The translations under genes and the position numbers were made by a program. A DNA stretch of 64,000 nt from a virus. The DNA is taken from positions 1 to 64,000 of the IMG/VR virus record IMGVR_UViG_3300027804_000052; one strand, written 5' to 3'. Position 1 is the first letter of the stretch. Each line of letters starts with the position of its first letter. The notes below the pieces were generated by a model. The model ran no database searches. It was given only the letters and a program-made list of their open reading frames with translations, and had not been told where the DNA came from. This document shows, one piece after another, positions 17,914 through 28,400 of this stretch.

Positions 17914-19568
17914 TGATAGTTTTATCCCCTGGCCAAACTGGTACTTTTGAATTTATATTTAGTCAAAACAATACTTTTTATGATCCAACAGATGGAGCAA
18001 CTCCATCAGATGTTTTAGTCTCTGTATACAGGGGTGATGCCGGTTCCGGAAGTGTAATAGATGGACCATATTCTTATCTTTTTCAGGATGCAACACCTAG
18101 CGGAAATTACATTGAAAAAACAGTAGATAATACTGTATATTATGGAAACTTTGGAGATACTCCAGGGCAAAATATATCTTCAGTAAACGCAACAAAATTT
18201 TCTTTCTACTACACTATTGCAGAAGACTTATTTCCGGGAAGCTACTCGGTAATAGCTACAACTTATTCTGGCGCTAGCATAATTCAATATATAGCTCAGT
18301 TTCAAGTTCCTCAATCTACGGCCTTAATATCATCCCAATATGCGTCTGGTCAAAGAGATATTACTCAATCTTTTGTTCCCGCATATGAGCGCTTAGATCA
18401 ATATAAGACAAACTCAGTTTTATTAATAGGTCACGCAGATGGCATAAGTTTAAATAATATAATAAGAATATCTTCTATTCAAGAAGCAATAGATCTGTTG
18501 AAAGCTAATACAGATTCCCCTTTGTTAAGAGGGGTTTTTGATGCATATGCTGCAGGAGCAAGAGATATTTATATTTGTGCAGCTGCTCCTATGAGCGAGT
18601 ACATAGAAGGTGTAACCACCAGAAACGCAGCGCAACCGTTTTATTCAATGAATGATGCAACTCCTGTAAATTATAATTTTTACCAAAGATATTGGTCTAG
18701 ATTAGAAGATACATATGAGATCATAAAAGACTATGACTATATAGATATAGTTGTACCATTAGAGGCAAGTATATTAAATACTGGATCTATAGATTTTGTT
18801 ACTCAACTAGGAATGTACTGCCAAGACTTTCATGATAAAAGTGGAATGATTCAAATAGGCGTGATAGGCAGTAGAAGCAATGGGATCTCAGAGCAAGATA
18901 TACAAACTTTAGAGGCTAAAAATATTTTTCAAAATAAATACACAATGTTTGATTCTCAAAATCAAATAATTGGAGATATGGGAAGATTTATTGTTCCAGT
19001 ATATGGAGAATTGATTATAAATCACAATTTCTTAAACAGGACATATGTTGCATCAGGAGCCGCCACTGTAGCTGGCATGATATCTTCAAATCCAGTTAAT
19101 CAAAGTTTAATAAGAAAAAGAATGCCCTCAGTCTTTGGCTTAAGCGGAATATCTTTAAATCAATCTCAAGTAGATAGATTGGACAACATTGGTGTAAACA
19201 CCTTTACTAGAAATTCTAAAACTAGACGAGGTAACACTTATCAGATTTACCTAACTAATGATAATACAATGGCAAATTCAACCTCTAATTACAGAAAACT
19301 TCCACAAATAAGACTATGCGCAATGTTAATCAATGAAATTAGAGCATTATCAAATAATAATATTAGTAAGTTTTCTTCACAAAAAGCTGTTGAAGATGTA
19401 AGGCAGTTATTATCTTTTCTTAAAAATAATAATATTATTTCAGACTATACCTTTGACGCTTATAGTGATCAAGAGATTATGGGAAAGTTGTACTTTGATA
19501 TTAGTGTAATTTCTTCTTTGGGTTTAAAGAAACTTTCTTTTAGCATATCATCAGGTAAGGCAGCATAA
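17913..19568 (+). CDS. tail sheath-like paralogue with N-terminal extension
   Basis: Similar to the 20388 gene (AAGARDIY vs AAGADRIF; LDNIGVN; YRKL..IR..LINE). Confidence 0.65.
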   Translation: MIVLSPGQTGTFEFIFSQNNTFYDPTDGATPSDVLVSVYRGDAGSGSVIDGPYSYLFQDATPSGNYIEKTVDNTVYYGNFGDTPGQNISSVNATKFSFYYTIAEDLFPGSYSVIATTYSGASIIQYIAQFQVPQSTALISSQYASGQRDITQSFVPAYERLDQYKTNSVLLIGHADGISLNNIIRISSIQEAIDLLKANTDSPLLRGVFDAYAAGARDIYICAAAPMSEYIEGVTTRNAAQPFYSMNDATPVNYNFYQRYWSRLEDTYEIIKDYDYIDIVVPLEASILNTGSIDFVTQLGMYCQDFHDKSGMIQIGVIGSRSNGISEQDIQTLEAKNIFQNKYTMFDSQNQIIGDMGRFIVPVYGELIINHNFLNRTYVASGAATVAGMISSNPVNQSLIRKRMPSVFGLSGISLNQSQVDRLDNIGVNTFTRNSKTRRGNTYQIYLTNDNTMANSTSNYRKLPQIRLCAMLINEIRALSNNNISKFSSQKAVEDVRQLLSFLKNNNIISDYTFDAYSDQEIMGKLYFDISVISSLGLKKLSFSISSGKAA

Positions 19569-19569
19569 T

Positions 19570-20310
19570 ATGGCACAGAATGCATTTGGTTTTCCACTAC
19601 CAGCTCTCAATGAGGTGGCAAATAATAGAACATTTGGCCCACCTCTACAAGCAGCTGGAAATTTAACTTATCTTGAATTTGTTTCAGTAGTTAAACTTTT
19701 GTGGGAAAATCTTCATCCGGAGATTCCAGTTGTTCCTACTCAACCAGCACAATACTCAACCTATCCATGCATTGTATATGGATTAGAACTTAGGAAAGCT
19801 CACTCTGTTGAGCCAAAGCCTAGAAGTAGACACGTTGTTGAAAATGATATGATGGTTTTTGGGCAAAGATTCCAAAACGTTGTTTCTTTTACTATAACCA
19901 CAAAGGTTATGGGTGGAGCCACTAAGACTCCAGAATCTAGATATGATGGAGCCGAAGTTGCCGACTCTCTAGCTGAGATATTTGAAGACTTTATGCTTGA
20001 GTATACTCCAGTTTTTAAAAGATTAGGAGCCTCAGAATTTGTCTACGCAAGAAGGTTGGCAGACGCAGAGGAAAATAAAGGAAATACAGATATAGTTAAA
20101 AGAACTGTTACCTATATGTTAACTACTGAAAAGTTAATAGCTACTTCTGTAGGGGTAATAGACAAGATAGCAATAGATGTTAGAACTTATATGGCATATG
20201 AAAAGGAACTTGTACAAGAATCTCTTGAAAAATCAACTCCAGACTTTACTGGTACAGAAGTAAGTATTATAGACCTATATCAAAGTTCTACACCAAATGT
20301 CGACTCATAG
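19570..20310 (+). CDS. tail completion/terminator-like protein
   Basis: 246 aa; synteny between neck and sheath genes. Confidence 0.45.
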   Translation: MAQNAFGFPLPALNEVANNRTFGPPLQAAGNLTYLEFVSVVKLLWENLHPEIPVVPTQPAQYSTYPCIVYGLELRKAHSVEPKPRSRHVVENDMMVFGQRFQNVVSFTITTKVMGGATKTPESRYDGAEVADSLAEIFEDFMLEYTPVFKRLGASEFVYARRLADAEENKGNTDIVKRTVTYMLTTEKLIATSVGVIDKIAIDVRTYMAYEKELVQESLEKSTPDFTGTEVSIIDLYQSSTPNVDS

Positions 20311-20330
20311 TTGTTTTTATAGGTTACACG

Positions 20331-20338
20331 TTACTATA
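20331..20338 (+). promoter_or_regulatory. putative late promoter element TTACTATA
   Basis: In the gap before GGAGG and ATG 20388. Confidence 0.5.
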
Positions 20339-20387
20339 CACTAAGACTAGACCTACAAAAGACTGCAAACCGGAGGTTTAAAATTCA

Positions 20388-21674
20388 ATGGCTCTACCTG
20401 GCGTTAAAACAATCGTAAAAGATCGCTTTTATAGCATCTCAAGACAGGATTCTCCTGTCGGTCCAAGAATCTGTGTAATAGGTATGCGTAATACCGCTGA
20501 CGGCACAGGCAACGTAGCAAACTTGGACGTTGTTCAAGTTACAAAAGAAGCAGATGTTATTACTGCTTTTGGTGAAGGCTCACAGCTACACAAAGCTTAT
20601 AAAGAACTAGTTGCTGCAGGTGCAGATAGAATCTTCATGGTTCCTCTCCCAAGCAACACTAGCTTTAATCATACCAATGGTACAGTTACCTCTGGTGGTT
20701 CAGACGTTTTTGACGACGCCTTTGCTGCAGCAGAAGTATCAATGCCAGACATCATTGTCCCTTGGGGTAGAGGTGGAGTTACTTCAGACTGGCAAGATCC
20801 AGCAACACCAAGCGATGACGTAGAGTACGGCTTTCATGCCGACAATACACTTACAGTTGCAAATAACTGGGCATACAAAGTAGCAAACAAGGTCAAGGCA
20901 ATTAGCGAAAACACAAATCCATGTGTTGCAGTCATGGGTGTTAGACCATGGATTGGCTCTGGTGCAACTCCTGCAACTGCAGAAGTGATGACGCCAGGAA
21001 ATGTTTCTTCACACTTGACTCTTACTCGTCTTCCAGACAAGGATGCCACAAGCGGTTCTTCCTACACATGGGGTGGAATTGGTAGATATGTTATTGTTAT
21101 TGCAGCTGAAGTAAAGCCAGTTAACTATAGCTCAGAGAACTTCAGCGACTTCGGTTACGCTAATGGCGCAACCACTTTTGCAGCTTCTATCAGCAGAATG
21201 GCTTCTTATGTTAGCCCAGTTAACAAGACCGTATTCAATGTAACAAGACTTCGTTACAACCCAACTAGAACACAGCTTTCAAACGATCAGGCAACTGGCG
21301 TTGCCGACAAGGGCGTAAACGCAATTGTTCTTAACTTTAATAAGATTCCAGTATATGCAGAAGGTATGACCTTTGCTCCTGCAACCTCAGACTACAACAG
21401 AATTTCGACCTCAAGAATTATCAATGAGGCTTCACTTGTAGTCCGCCAGGTATGCCAGAAGTTTATTGGTGAACCTTCTACAATGCAAGTTCGTAACTCG
21501 ATGGAAACAGCTATTACTTCGGGTCTACGTGGCATGCAGCAGCTTGGAGCTCTTCTCGACAGTGACTTTACCGTAAGTTACATCCCAACCGAGAACAAGG
21601 CTCTAGTTGACTTAGTGCTGACACCAGCCTTTGAACTTAAGTCAATCGAAGTTCAAATAGCAGTTAATCTATAA
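20388..21674 (+). CDS. contractile tail sheath protein
   Basis: MALPGV N-terminus; C-terminal SDYNRISTSRII...KFIGEP...VDLVLTPAFELKSIEV. Confidence 0.85.
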   Translation: MALPGVKTIVKDRFYSISRQDSPVGPRICVIGMRNTADGTGNVANLDVVQVTKEADVITAFGEGSQLHKAYKELVAAGADRIFMVPLPSNTSFNHTNGTVTSGGSDVFDDAFAAAEVSMPDIIVPWGRGGVTSDWQDPATPSDDVEYGFHADNTLTVANNWAYKVANKVKAISENTNPCVAVMGVRPWIGSGATPATAEVMTPGNVSSHLTLTRLPDKDATSGSSYTWGGIGRYVIVIAAEVKPVNYSSENFSDFGYANGATTFAASISRMASYVSPVNKTVFNVTRLRYNPTRTQLSNDQATGVADKGVNAIVLNFNKIPVYAEGMTFAPATSDYNRISTSRIINEASLVVRQVCQKFIGEPSTMQVRNSMETAITSGLRGMQQLGALLDSDFTVSYIPTENKALVDLVLTPAFELKSIEVQIAVNL

Positions 21675-21702
21675 TATCTACACGAAATAGGAGGGTACGC
21701 AG

Positions 21703-22392
21703 ATGCCTACAGGCGAGTACTACGATTCACCGGTTAATAAATACCTTAATACTTACACCACTTTCTCTGGAGCAGACATTGTTGCCACATTTGGCGGTAA
21801 GGAGATTGGAGCACTTTCGGGTATTACTTTCTCGGTTACAAGAGAAAAGGCACCAATTTACACCATGGGTTCACCAAACCCAAGGTCATTCTCCAGAGGT
21901 AAAAGAGGTATCGCTGGTTCATTGATTTTCACAGTCTTTGACCGCCCAGCTCTTTACACAATGCTTGAGACTCATCACGGCACATCTCAAGATATGAAGT
22001 TCTGGACAAGATCAAGCAATACACTTCCAGGTGATCCTTCACACAGAAGAGGCATTGCTGAGTTTGACGACCAAACAAGAGACGTTGTAAGCAAGGTTCC
22101 TTACTACGCAGACCAAATTCCACCATTTGACATTACAATTACTTTTGTCAACGAATATGGTCAAGGCGCAGTGAGATCAATCTACGGCGTTGAGCTTCTT
22201 AACGAAGGTTCTGGCGCTTCAATGGACGACATCGTTATTGAAGAGACAATGACCTACGTTGCTCGCGAAATTGGTCCGATGTACACCATCTCCAACTCAC
22301 AGTTGAGCAGATTCGGTGGTAGCTTGTCTGACATCATTTCAAAGGACGCAGTAACCTCGAGTGGTCTAAACTCAGAAATAATTAGACCATAA
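21703..22392 (+). CDS. tail tube protein
   Basis: FSGADIVATF, ITFSVTREKAPIYTMG...RGKRGIAGSLIFTVFD, PPFDITITF.NEYG; directly after the sheath gene. Confidence 0.8.
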   Translation: MPTGEYYDSPVNKYLNTYTTFSGADIVATFGGKEIGALSGITFSVTREKAPIYTMGSPNPRSFSRGKRGIAGSLIFTVFDRPALYTMLETHHGTSQDMKFWTRSSNTLPGDPSHRRGIAEFDDQTRDVVSKVPYYADQIPPFDITITFVNEYGQGAVRSIYGVELLNEGSGASMDDIVIEETMTYVAREIGPMYTISNSQLSRFGGSLSDIISKDAVTSSGLNSEIIRP

Positions 22393-22417
22393 TTTCTTAA
22401 GGTTAAGTCTTAATATC

Positions 22418-22462
22418 TAAAGCGTGGAGGGTGACTAGTTTGTCCTCCACGCTTTATTTTTT
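22418..22462 (+). terminator. intrinsic terminator
   Basis: TAAAGCGTGGAGG...CCTCCACGCTTTA followed by a T-tract. Confidence 0.85.
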
Positions 22463-22473
22463 ATCGGAGCAAA

Positions 22474-23199
22474 ATGTACAAAGATATTGAAAAACTTAAA
22501 ATAGAACAAAGAAAAGTAGTCGACTATGCTAATCAGGTAGAGTCGGTTAGAAGAGAAAAAGGTCTTCCAGATCCATTCTCAAACATGTCTTTTGCTGGCG
22601 TGGATATCCAGGCAACAATGGTTTTACCTAGAATGGGAGACCAAACTTCAAGCGACGATGGAGACTTCATTGAATTAGGGGAGCTACAGACAATATCTTA
22701 TTCTGCGCACAGAGAGAACACTCCTGTTAGAACTTTGGGACATGTTAATCCTAGAGGATTCGTAAAAGGATCTAGAACTATTGCCGGATCTTTAATATTT
22801 ACAGTTTTTAACGAATATGCATTCTATAGAATTAAAGCTTTTAAAAAAGCACTTCTTGAAAAAAATTACGCCCCTCTTGCCGACATGCTTCCTCCTTTTG
22901 ATATTGTTTTAACATTTTTCAACGAGTATGGTTTAGCTGCTAAGATGAAAATATATGGAGTTACTATAGTTGACGAAGGTCAAACTATGTCAGTTGACGA
23001 CCTTCTTACCGAGCAAACGTACACTTACATGGCCAGAGGTCTGCAGCCACTGATACATTTGGATCCAGCAGAAGATAGAAATATTTATTCAAATAATCCA
23101 GATGATTTAGCAAGACAAGCTTTAGATATATCAACAAACTTTTTTGGTGATAGAGTAGAATTATATAAGAACTTTATCAATTCAAGGGTAGCTAATTAA
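22474..23199 (+). CDS. tail tube paralogue (tube initiator-like)
   Basis: SFAGVDI, ISYSAHRE..PVRTLG...KGSRTIAGSLIFTVF, LPPFDIVLTF.NEYG. Confidence 0.75.
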   Translation: MYKDIEKLKIEQRKVVDYANQVESVRREKGLPDPFSNMSFAGVDIQATMVLPRMGDQTSSDDGDFIELGELQTISYSAHRENTPVRTLGHVNPRGFVKGSRTIAGSLIFTVFNEYAFYRIKAFKKALLEKNYAPLADMLPPFDIVLTFFNEYGLAAKMKIYGVTIVDEGQTMSVDDLLTEQTYTYMARGLQPLIHLDPAEDRNIYSNNPDDLARQALDISTNFFGDRVELYKNFINSRVAN

Positions 23200-24234
23200 A
23201 TGTCAGAAAGATCATACAATAGAGCTCCATATAGACCGTTTACGGCATATATGCCAAGGAACTTAAAAGAAGGCGACAACTTTTTTGATCCCATAAATCA
23301 AGCAATAGATCTTGAATGGGGTGGAACAAGAACAGACGAAAAATTTAATAGTTATTTTGATTATTTTTTCTCTGGAGAAGATGTCAAAGTTTATATTGAT
23401 GGTCTGTTCGATGAAAAATATGAGATGGATATTGCGTCAATGGCTTTTGTTATTAAACAAGAAAAGCAACCGTTATACGGATTTTGGTCATATAACTACG
23501 ATGCGGTAATGATGGGCACTAGGTTAATCACCGGAGAACTTTCCGTGTATTCTAGATACCCAAGAAGAATGACAGATCTTTTAGAAGAAGCTGCTAGGGT
23601 TAGAATGGAAAGTTCTAGTTCTAACCCTTCTTCAGCTGTTATGAGTACTTTAGGAAGCGTAACTGATCAGGCTAGAAAAGATGATGAAATAAATATTCAA
23701 AAATACTGGCTTAATTCTGAATTAGACAGAGTTACTTCCGATCCAATGGCTAGATCACTGGTAGAAAACCAAGGGGCAGGTCATAATATATTTAGTGCCC
23801 ACCCACCATTCAATTTAGTAGTCTTTTATGGAACAGAAGAAGTCGCAATAACAAATAATAAAGTAGTTACATACGATTCTGCAACTAGTATAAATAGACA
23901 ATTAAATTCAGATAGAATTTTGTCAACTGACTATAATGAGCGTAAAACTTTAACTGATCTTTCTAAATCATCTCCTATGAAATTAGTTCTTCAGAACATT
24001 AATTTAATGTCCATGACAACTTCCTACACAAGTGGTGGTCAACCACTAGTTGAGAATTATCAATTTATAGCTAGAGATATGTATTTTACCGATGCAAGAG
24101 TCGGAGACAATGCTGTAACCGGTCAACGTGTTACTGTTCCAGACGAAACTGAAAAAGAATATACAATTCAACCTGTTACAACCCAAACAGTTACCACAGG
24201 TGTTACTTTTAATAATGGCGAATACATCGCTTAA
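23200..24234 (+). CDS. second tail tube paralogue
   Basis: FSGEDVKVYI, QEKQPLYGF...GTRLITGEL, HPPFNL, ENYQFIARD. Confidence 0.65.
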   Translation: MSERSYNRAPYRPFTAYMPRNLKEGDNFFDPINQAIDLEWGGTRTDEKFNSYFDYFFSGEDVKVYIDGLFDEKYEMDIASMAFVIKQEKQPLYGFWSYNYDAVMMGTRLITGELSVYSRYPRRMTDLLEEAARVRMESSSSNPSSAVMSTLGSVTDQARKDDEINIQKYWLNSELDRVTSDPMARSLVENQGAGHNIFSAHPPFNLVVFYGTEEVAITNNKVVTYDSATSINRQLNSDRILSTDYNERKTLTDLSKSSPMKLVLQNINLMSMTTSYTSGGQPLVENYQFIARDMYFTDARVGDNAVTGQRVTVPDETEKEYTIQPVTTQTVTTGVTFNNGEYIA

Positions 24235-24256
24235 TTGTTTTTTAACAATAAAAATG

Positions 24257-24265
24257 TGATATAAT
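24257..24265 (+). promoter_or_regulatory. extended -10 promoter TGnTATAAT
   Basis: TGATATAAT in the gap upstream of AAGGAG and ATG 24300. Confidence 0.45.
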
Positions 24266-24299
24266 TATCGTAATAATCCAATGCGCAAAAGGAGAAAAA

Positions 24300-24803
24300 A
24301 TGTCAGGTGAAAAGAAGGTAGTAATTACCACTGATGAAATAACAAAAGAAGAACTTGGTGTAGACGACTATCAGGTTTTATCTATAGAAGATGATCTAGA
24401 TATGGTTGAAGAGCCACAAGGTATGACCGTTGAAGATCTTGATGATAATGAAGAAATTTGGGACGGTGGACCAACCGCTGGTCAGATTAAACAATGGAAG
24501 TCAATGTTTGGAGATGTTTATGTTACATCTATTACATTTGATAAGCACATTGTTTGGAGAACGCTTAATAGAAATGAATATAAGCAGCTTGTAAAGAAGA
24601 TGGAACAGCTTGTTCAAGCTGGGCAGATGTCTACTGCAGAAGCTAATCTTTGGAATGAAGAAGCAATTACAGAAATCTGCTTATTATTCCCTGCTTACGA
24701 CAAGATAGCTTTATCTAATGAAATGGCTGGACTTCCATCTCTGCTTTCTCAAGAGATACTAGAGGCCTCTGGCTTCGTTGCTCTAGAGGTTCGTCAGTTA
24801 TAA
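24300..24803 (+). CDS. tail assembly chaperone
   Basis: IKQWKSMFGDVY...WRTLNRNEY...AGLPSLLSQEILEASGF; lies between tube and tape measure genes. Confidence 0.7.
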   Translation: MSGEKKVVITTDEITKEELGVDDYQVLSIEDDLDMVEEPQGMTVEDLDDNEEIWDGGPTAGQIKQWKSMFGDVYVTSITFDKHIVWRTLNRNEYKQLVKKMEQLVQAGQMSTAEANLWNEEAITEICLLFPAYDKIALSNEMAGLPSLLSQEILEASGFVALEVRQL

Positions 24804-24806
24804 TTT

Positions 24807-25433
24807 ATGGATAATGAAGTTCTATTAGAACTTAAGCAAAGATACGGTCCCCTTTACGCAGTTAATGTAAAGGGGACTGATCTGTTATTCAGGGAATTAA
24901 CTTTTTCTGAGTTTGATCAAATAACTTTAATTGGTCAATCTCAAGGATACTCTTCCGCCGACGCAGAAGATGAGATATTAAAAACAACTATAGTTTATCC
25001 ACAAGGTTTTGACATCTACAAAATTCCAGCTGGAATGGTTTCATCCATAGCTCAAGAGGTTCTAGATGCATCAGGTTTTCAATCTGCTAGGGTGGCAAAA
25101 AGAATACTTGACTCTAAAAGGGAAATAGCTAACGAAGTAAGAAGTTTAATGAAAGCCTTTGTTCTGGCTACTATAAGTACATATTCTCCAGAAGATTTGG
25201 ACAATATGACTTTTTCTCAGTTAGCCGAGAGAGTTGCTCTAGCGGAAAAAATTATAGAAATAAAACAAAATATCAACGGACTTGAATCAACTAATATTAA
25301 ATTAGAGTTGATTGACCCACAAGAAGAAGCAGAAAAAGAAAGAATAAAAGCCACAAACTACAATGCTTCCAGAAAACAAGGCGAAGCCGCATACGAAGAC
25401 CCTGTTGCCAGAAAACTTTGGAATGGCATGTAA
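24807..25433 (+). CDS. tail assembly chaperone paralogue
   Basis: LKQRYGPLY...FRELTFSEF...AGMVSSIAQEVLDASGF plus a C-terminal extension. Confidence 0.7.
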   Translation: MDNEVLLELKQRYGPLYAVNVKGTDLLFRELTFSEFDQITLIGQSQGYSSADAEDEILKTTIVYPQGFDIYKIPAGMVSSIAQEVLDASGFQSARVAKRILDSKREIANEVRSLMKAFVLATISTYSPEDLDNMTFSQLAERVALAEKIIEIKQNINGLESTNIKLELIDPQEEAEKERIKATNYNASRKQGEAAYEDPVARKLWNGM

Positions 25434-25447
25434 TTTAGGAGGAACTA

Positions 25448-28400
25448 ATGTTTAGGGACAAAGGACCTACGCATAATTTAGGACATGGAGTCTCCTCTAG
25501 AGATATGCCTTCTAGAGAAGGTGAAACAGAAACACCTAGTCCTAACTCTGGTTATGTAGCTAAAGCTTTAGACGCGCATCCTATGATGCGCTTTTTTGCA
25601 TCTGCTGGAACAGCAATGCTTGTTACAACTCTTGCATCGAGATTCACAAAATCTGGTGGCCTTAAACTTGGTCAGTCTCTACAAAAATCCTCAGATGCTG
25701 CGATGTCAGCTGGAAGAACTGATGCTCTTTCTACAAGAGCAGTTAGAAGTATAACTGAGATTAGAAAAGAACTAGATAATCTTAGCGCAATGCACAGAAG
25801 CATTGATGGGGTTGACGATCCATATCTTAAAGCTGTTTATGAAGTAGACGGAAAGCTTACAACTGGATATAATCCCACTTTAGGCAGAAGAAAGTTCTTT
25901 AGACCTCTTAGTCAAGAAGGCGCAAGGAGTTCCGCAAGAGGGCTTACATCTGAATCTGCAGAAGCATGGACAATGCGAGACGAGTTTCAAGTAAGACTCG
26001 TAAGAGCCGCAAGAAGAATGCCATATGAACTTCCAGCCTTATACGTTACCCAAAGAGCTGTTACCGAACCATTGTTTGGTCAAAATCAAGAAAAGAAAAG
26101 ATTAAATTGGTATAACCCAGCAGATGTAATCTCAGATTTCGTTAAACAGTCAACGTTAAACGTTGCAACTATGGTGTTGCCATTTGAGGCAGTTGGAGCA
26201 GCTGGAGCTGCAGGAAGAAGCTCCCTAACAACATTAGCCGGATCAATGAATGATCTTAGGGCTCTATCTCCTGTACAGAAAAAAGCTGCAAACGCAGCAA
26301 TAGATATTAGATCGCTTCTGGCTGAAGTTGGCCAAGACATAGCTGGGATGACAAACAAAGTCCTTAAGATGTCGTCTCAAACAAGCGGAGCATTTGCTGC
26401 AGGAGTATCTGAAGCGGGTAATTCTCAACCTGAATTCGTACAGGCTTTAAGAGCAGCTAGGCACGGTTCTAAACAAGCCGTACAGGACATGGCTAACGCC
26501 GATAGGTCTAATAGACTAAAGGTAATGACAGCTAGAGCCAGGGGATTCTTTACTGGCACCACCGAAGATGGAATAGGCATACTAGATGTATTTCCAACAT
26601 TTAGAGGCGCTGGTGTAGGTGTTGCGGCAGGAAAAAATCAGTTTAAAGCCTTAGGAGTTGCTCACGATGTTGTATCCGGCAGGCTTACAAGAGAGCAGGC
26701 ACTAGGTAGGTTAACGCAAAAGTTTGGATATTCTACAGATGACGCATTTACGACCGCCCTATCAGAGAATGCAAGTAGATTAAAGTTAAGAGGATTAAAT
26801 GGCACCTCTGCTGATGAAATCCTGACAAAAGCAATCAACGCTGTTCAATCTCAACATTCCAGTAAGCTTACTAGATTAAGTCAAGATTTTTATAGGCTAG
26901 GAGCTGGCGGACCAAACACCGATAGATTTAAAGGTAGTGAGTTTTACCAAAGATCTCTTCAAGATGAATATAAAGATCAACTAGCAAGACATCTTGTAAA
27001 TGTAAAAGGCGTAGAACAAAAAGCTGCAGATGGTTTTGTTGCGCAAATAAAAATAAATCAACTTCCTTCTAGAAAAGAAGCTTCTGAAGTAACAAATAGA
27101 ATTTCTTTAGGTAGAAAAAAACAATTCTCAGAAGGAACAGATGAGTTCTTTGATGATGTTCTTGAAAGATTTAGAGGAGTTAAAGGCGGTAAAGATTTTA
27201 AAGCCGCAATTGGCAATGGACAAGCTCTAAAAGAATCTATAGAAGAAGTAGATCAGCTTTTTGTATCTGAAGAATTTAGAAAATCACTTCATGAAAAAAT
27301 AGCTAGTAGATGGAACCAATTCAGAACTGGCTCAATGCCAGAAATTGCATCAGATGTTTTAAAGCCAGCAAAACAAAGTTATTTAGATTTTATTGGACCT
27401 ATATCTGAAAGCAAACAAACATTCTTACAGAGAAAAACTGCACAAACATTAGGAATACCTCTTGTTCAAAAAGATGGAAGAAGAATAACTCAATCAGTTC
27501 TTGAGTCAAAGCTAACAGGTCAGGGTTTTGATCCAACTGACTTTAGTTACATGAGAGACTTTCTATTAAATCAAAGAAAGTTAACAACTGGATTCCTTGG
27601 TGGAGGCGCAACAAACATACTTGGATTAAGGCCACTTCTTGTAGACGAAGGAGTTGAAAGAGGCCTATTTAAGTTTATGCCAGAAGAACAGCAAGCATCT
27701 ATTAGACAGCTTGCTTCAACTCAAGCAACGTTTGATCCAGTAACAGGTGGACTAGGCGCTGCAACTCAAACAATGGGCAGAAGTGCAATAGGTGGAGTTT
27801 ATCAAACAAGGTCTGGCGAGATACTTGACTTTACAAAAGTTACCAGCATGCTTACTAAAGCAAAAGACTTTATTGCATCAGATTTTAGAATTCCAATTGT
27901 TGGATTTAATCCAGCAGATTTAATGGGTAATAGATCACTGCGAGACATTAGAAATTCTCCAGCATTACAATATGTATCTTCAAGGTCAGTTCAACCATTT
28001 GTTCCTCAGTCTGAAGTAAGACCAGATTTTCTTATATTAAATAGAGTCAAAGGAACAAAAGGTACTCTTAGATCATTTACGGCAGATGAATCTGGAAGAC
28101 TAACTACGTCTAAATTACCAGGATTTTATCGAGCTGCACCATCTGCAAGTACTGAAATATTTTCTAGAGAAGCAAGAAACGCAGCAGGATTGACAGGTGA
28201 AAGAGTTGATACTCTTGGTGGACAAAATCAAAAGTTTGGAAGATTTAAACGAATTTTTGACGTAGACGCAGAACAACCAAACTCTCTCTTTAGGCTTGCG
28301 TCTAGATATAAAAATAGACAATCTGATATAAGAAATCCTAGGGTTTTATCAGAGTTACTTTCTAGTGAAAACAACACTATATCTTACAACACTTTAAGGG

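Noticed and set aside
24801-24809. Stop readthrough fusing the two chaperones (same frame, TAA TTT ATG)
   Set aside because: The second gene has its own ATG and a complete paralogous domain, and I see no readthrough signal.
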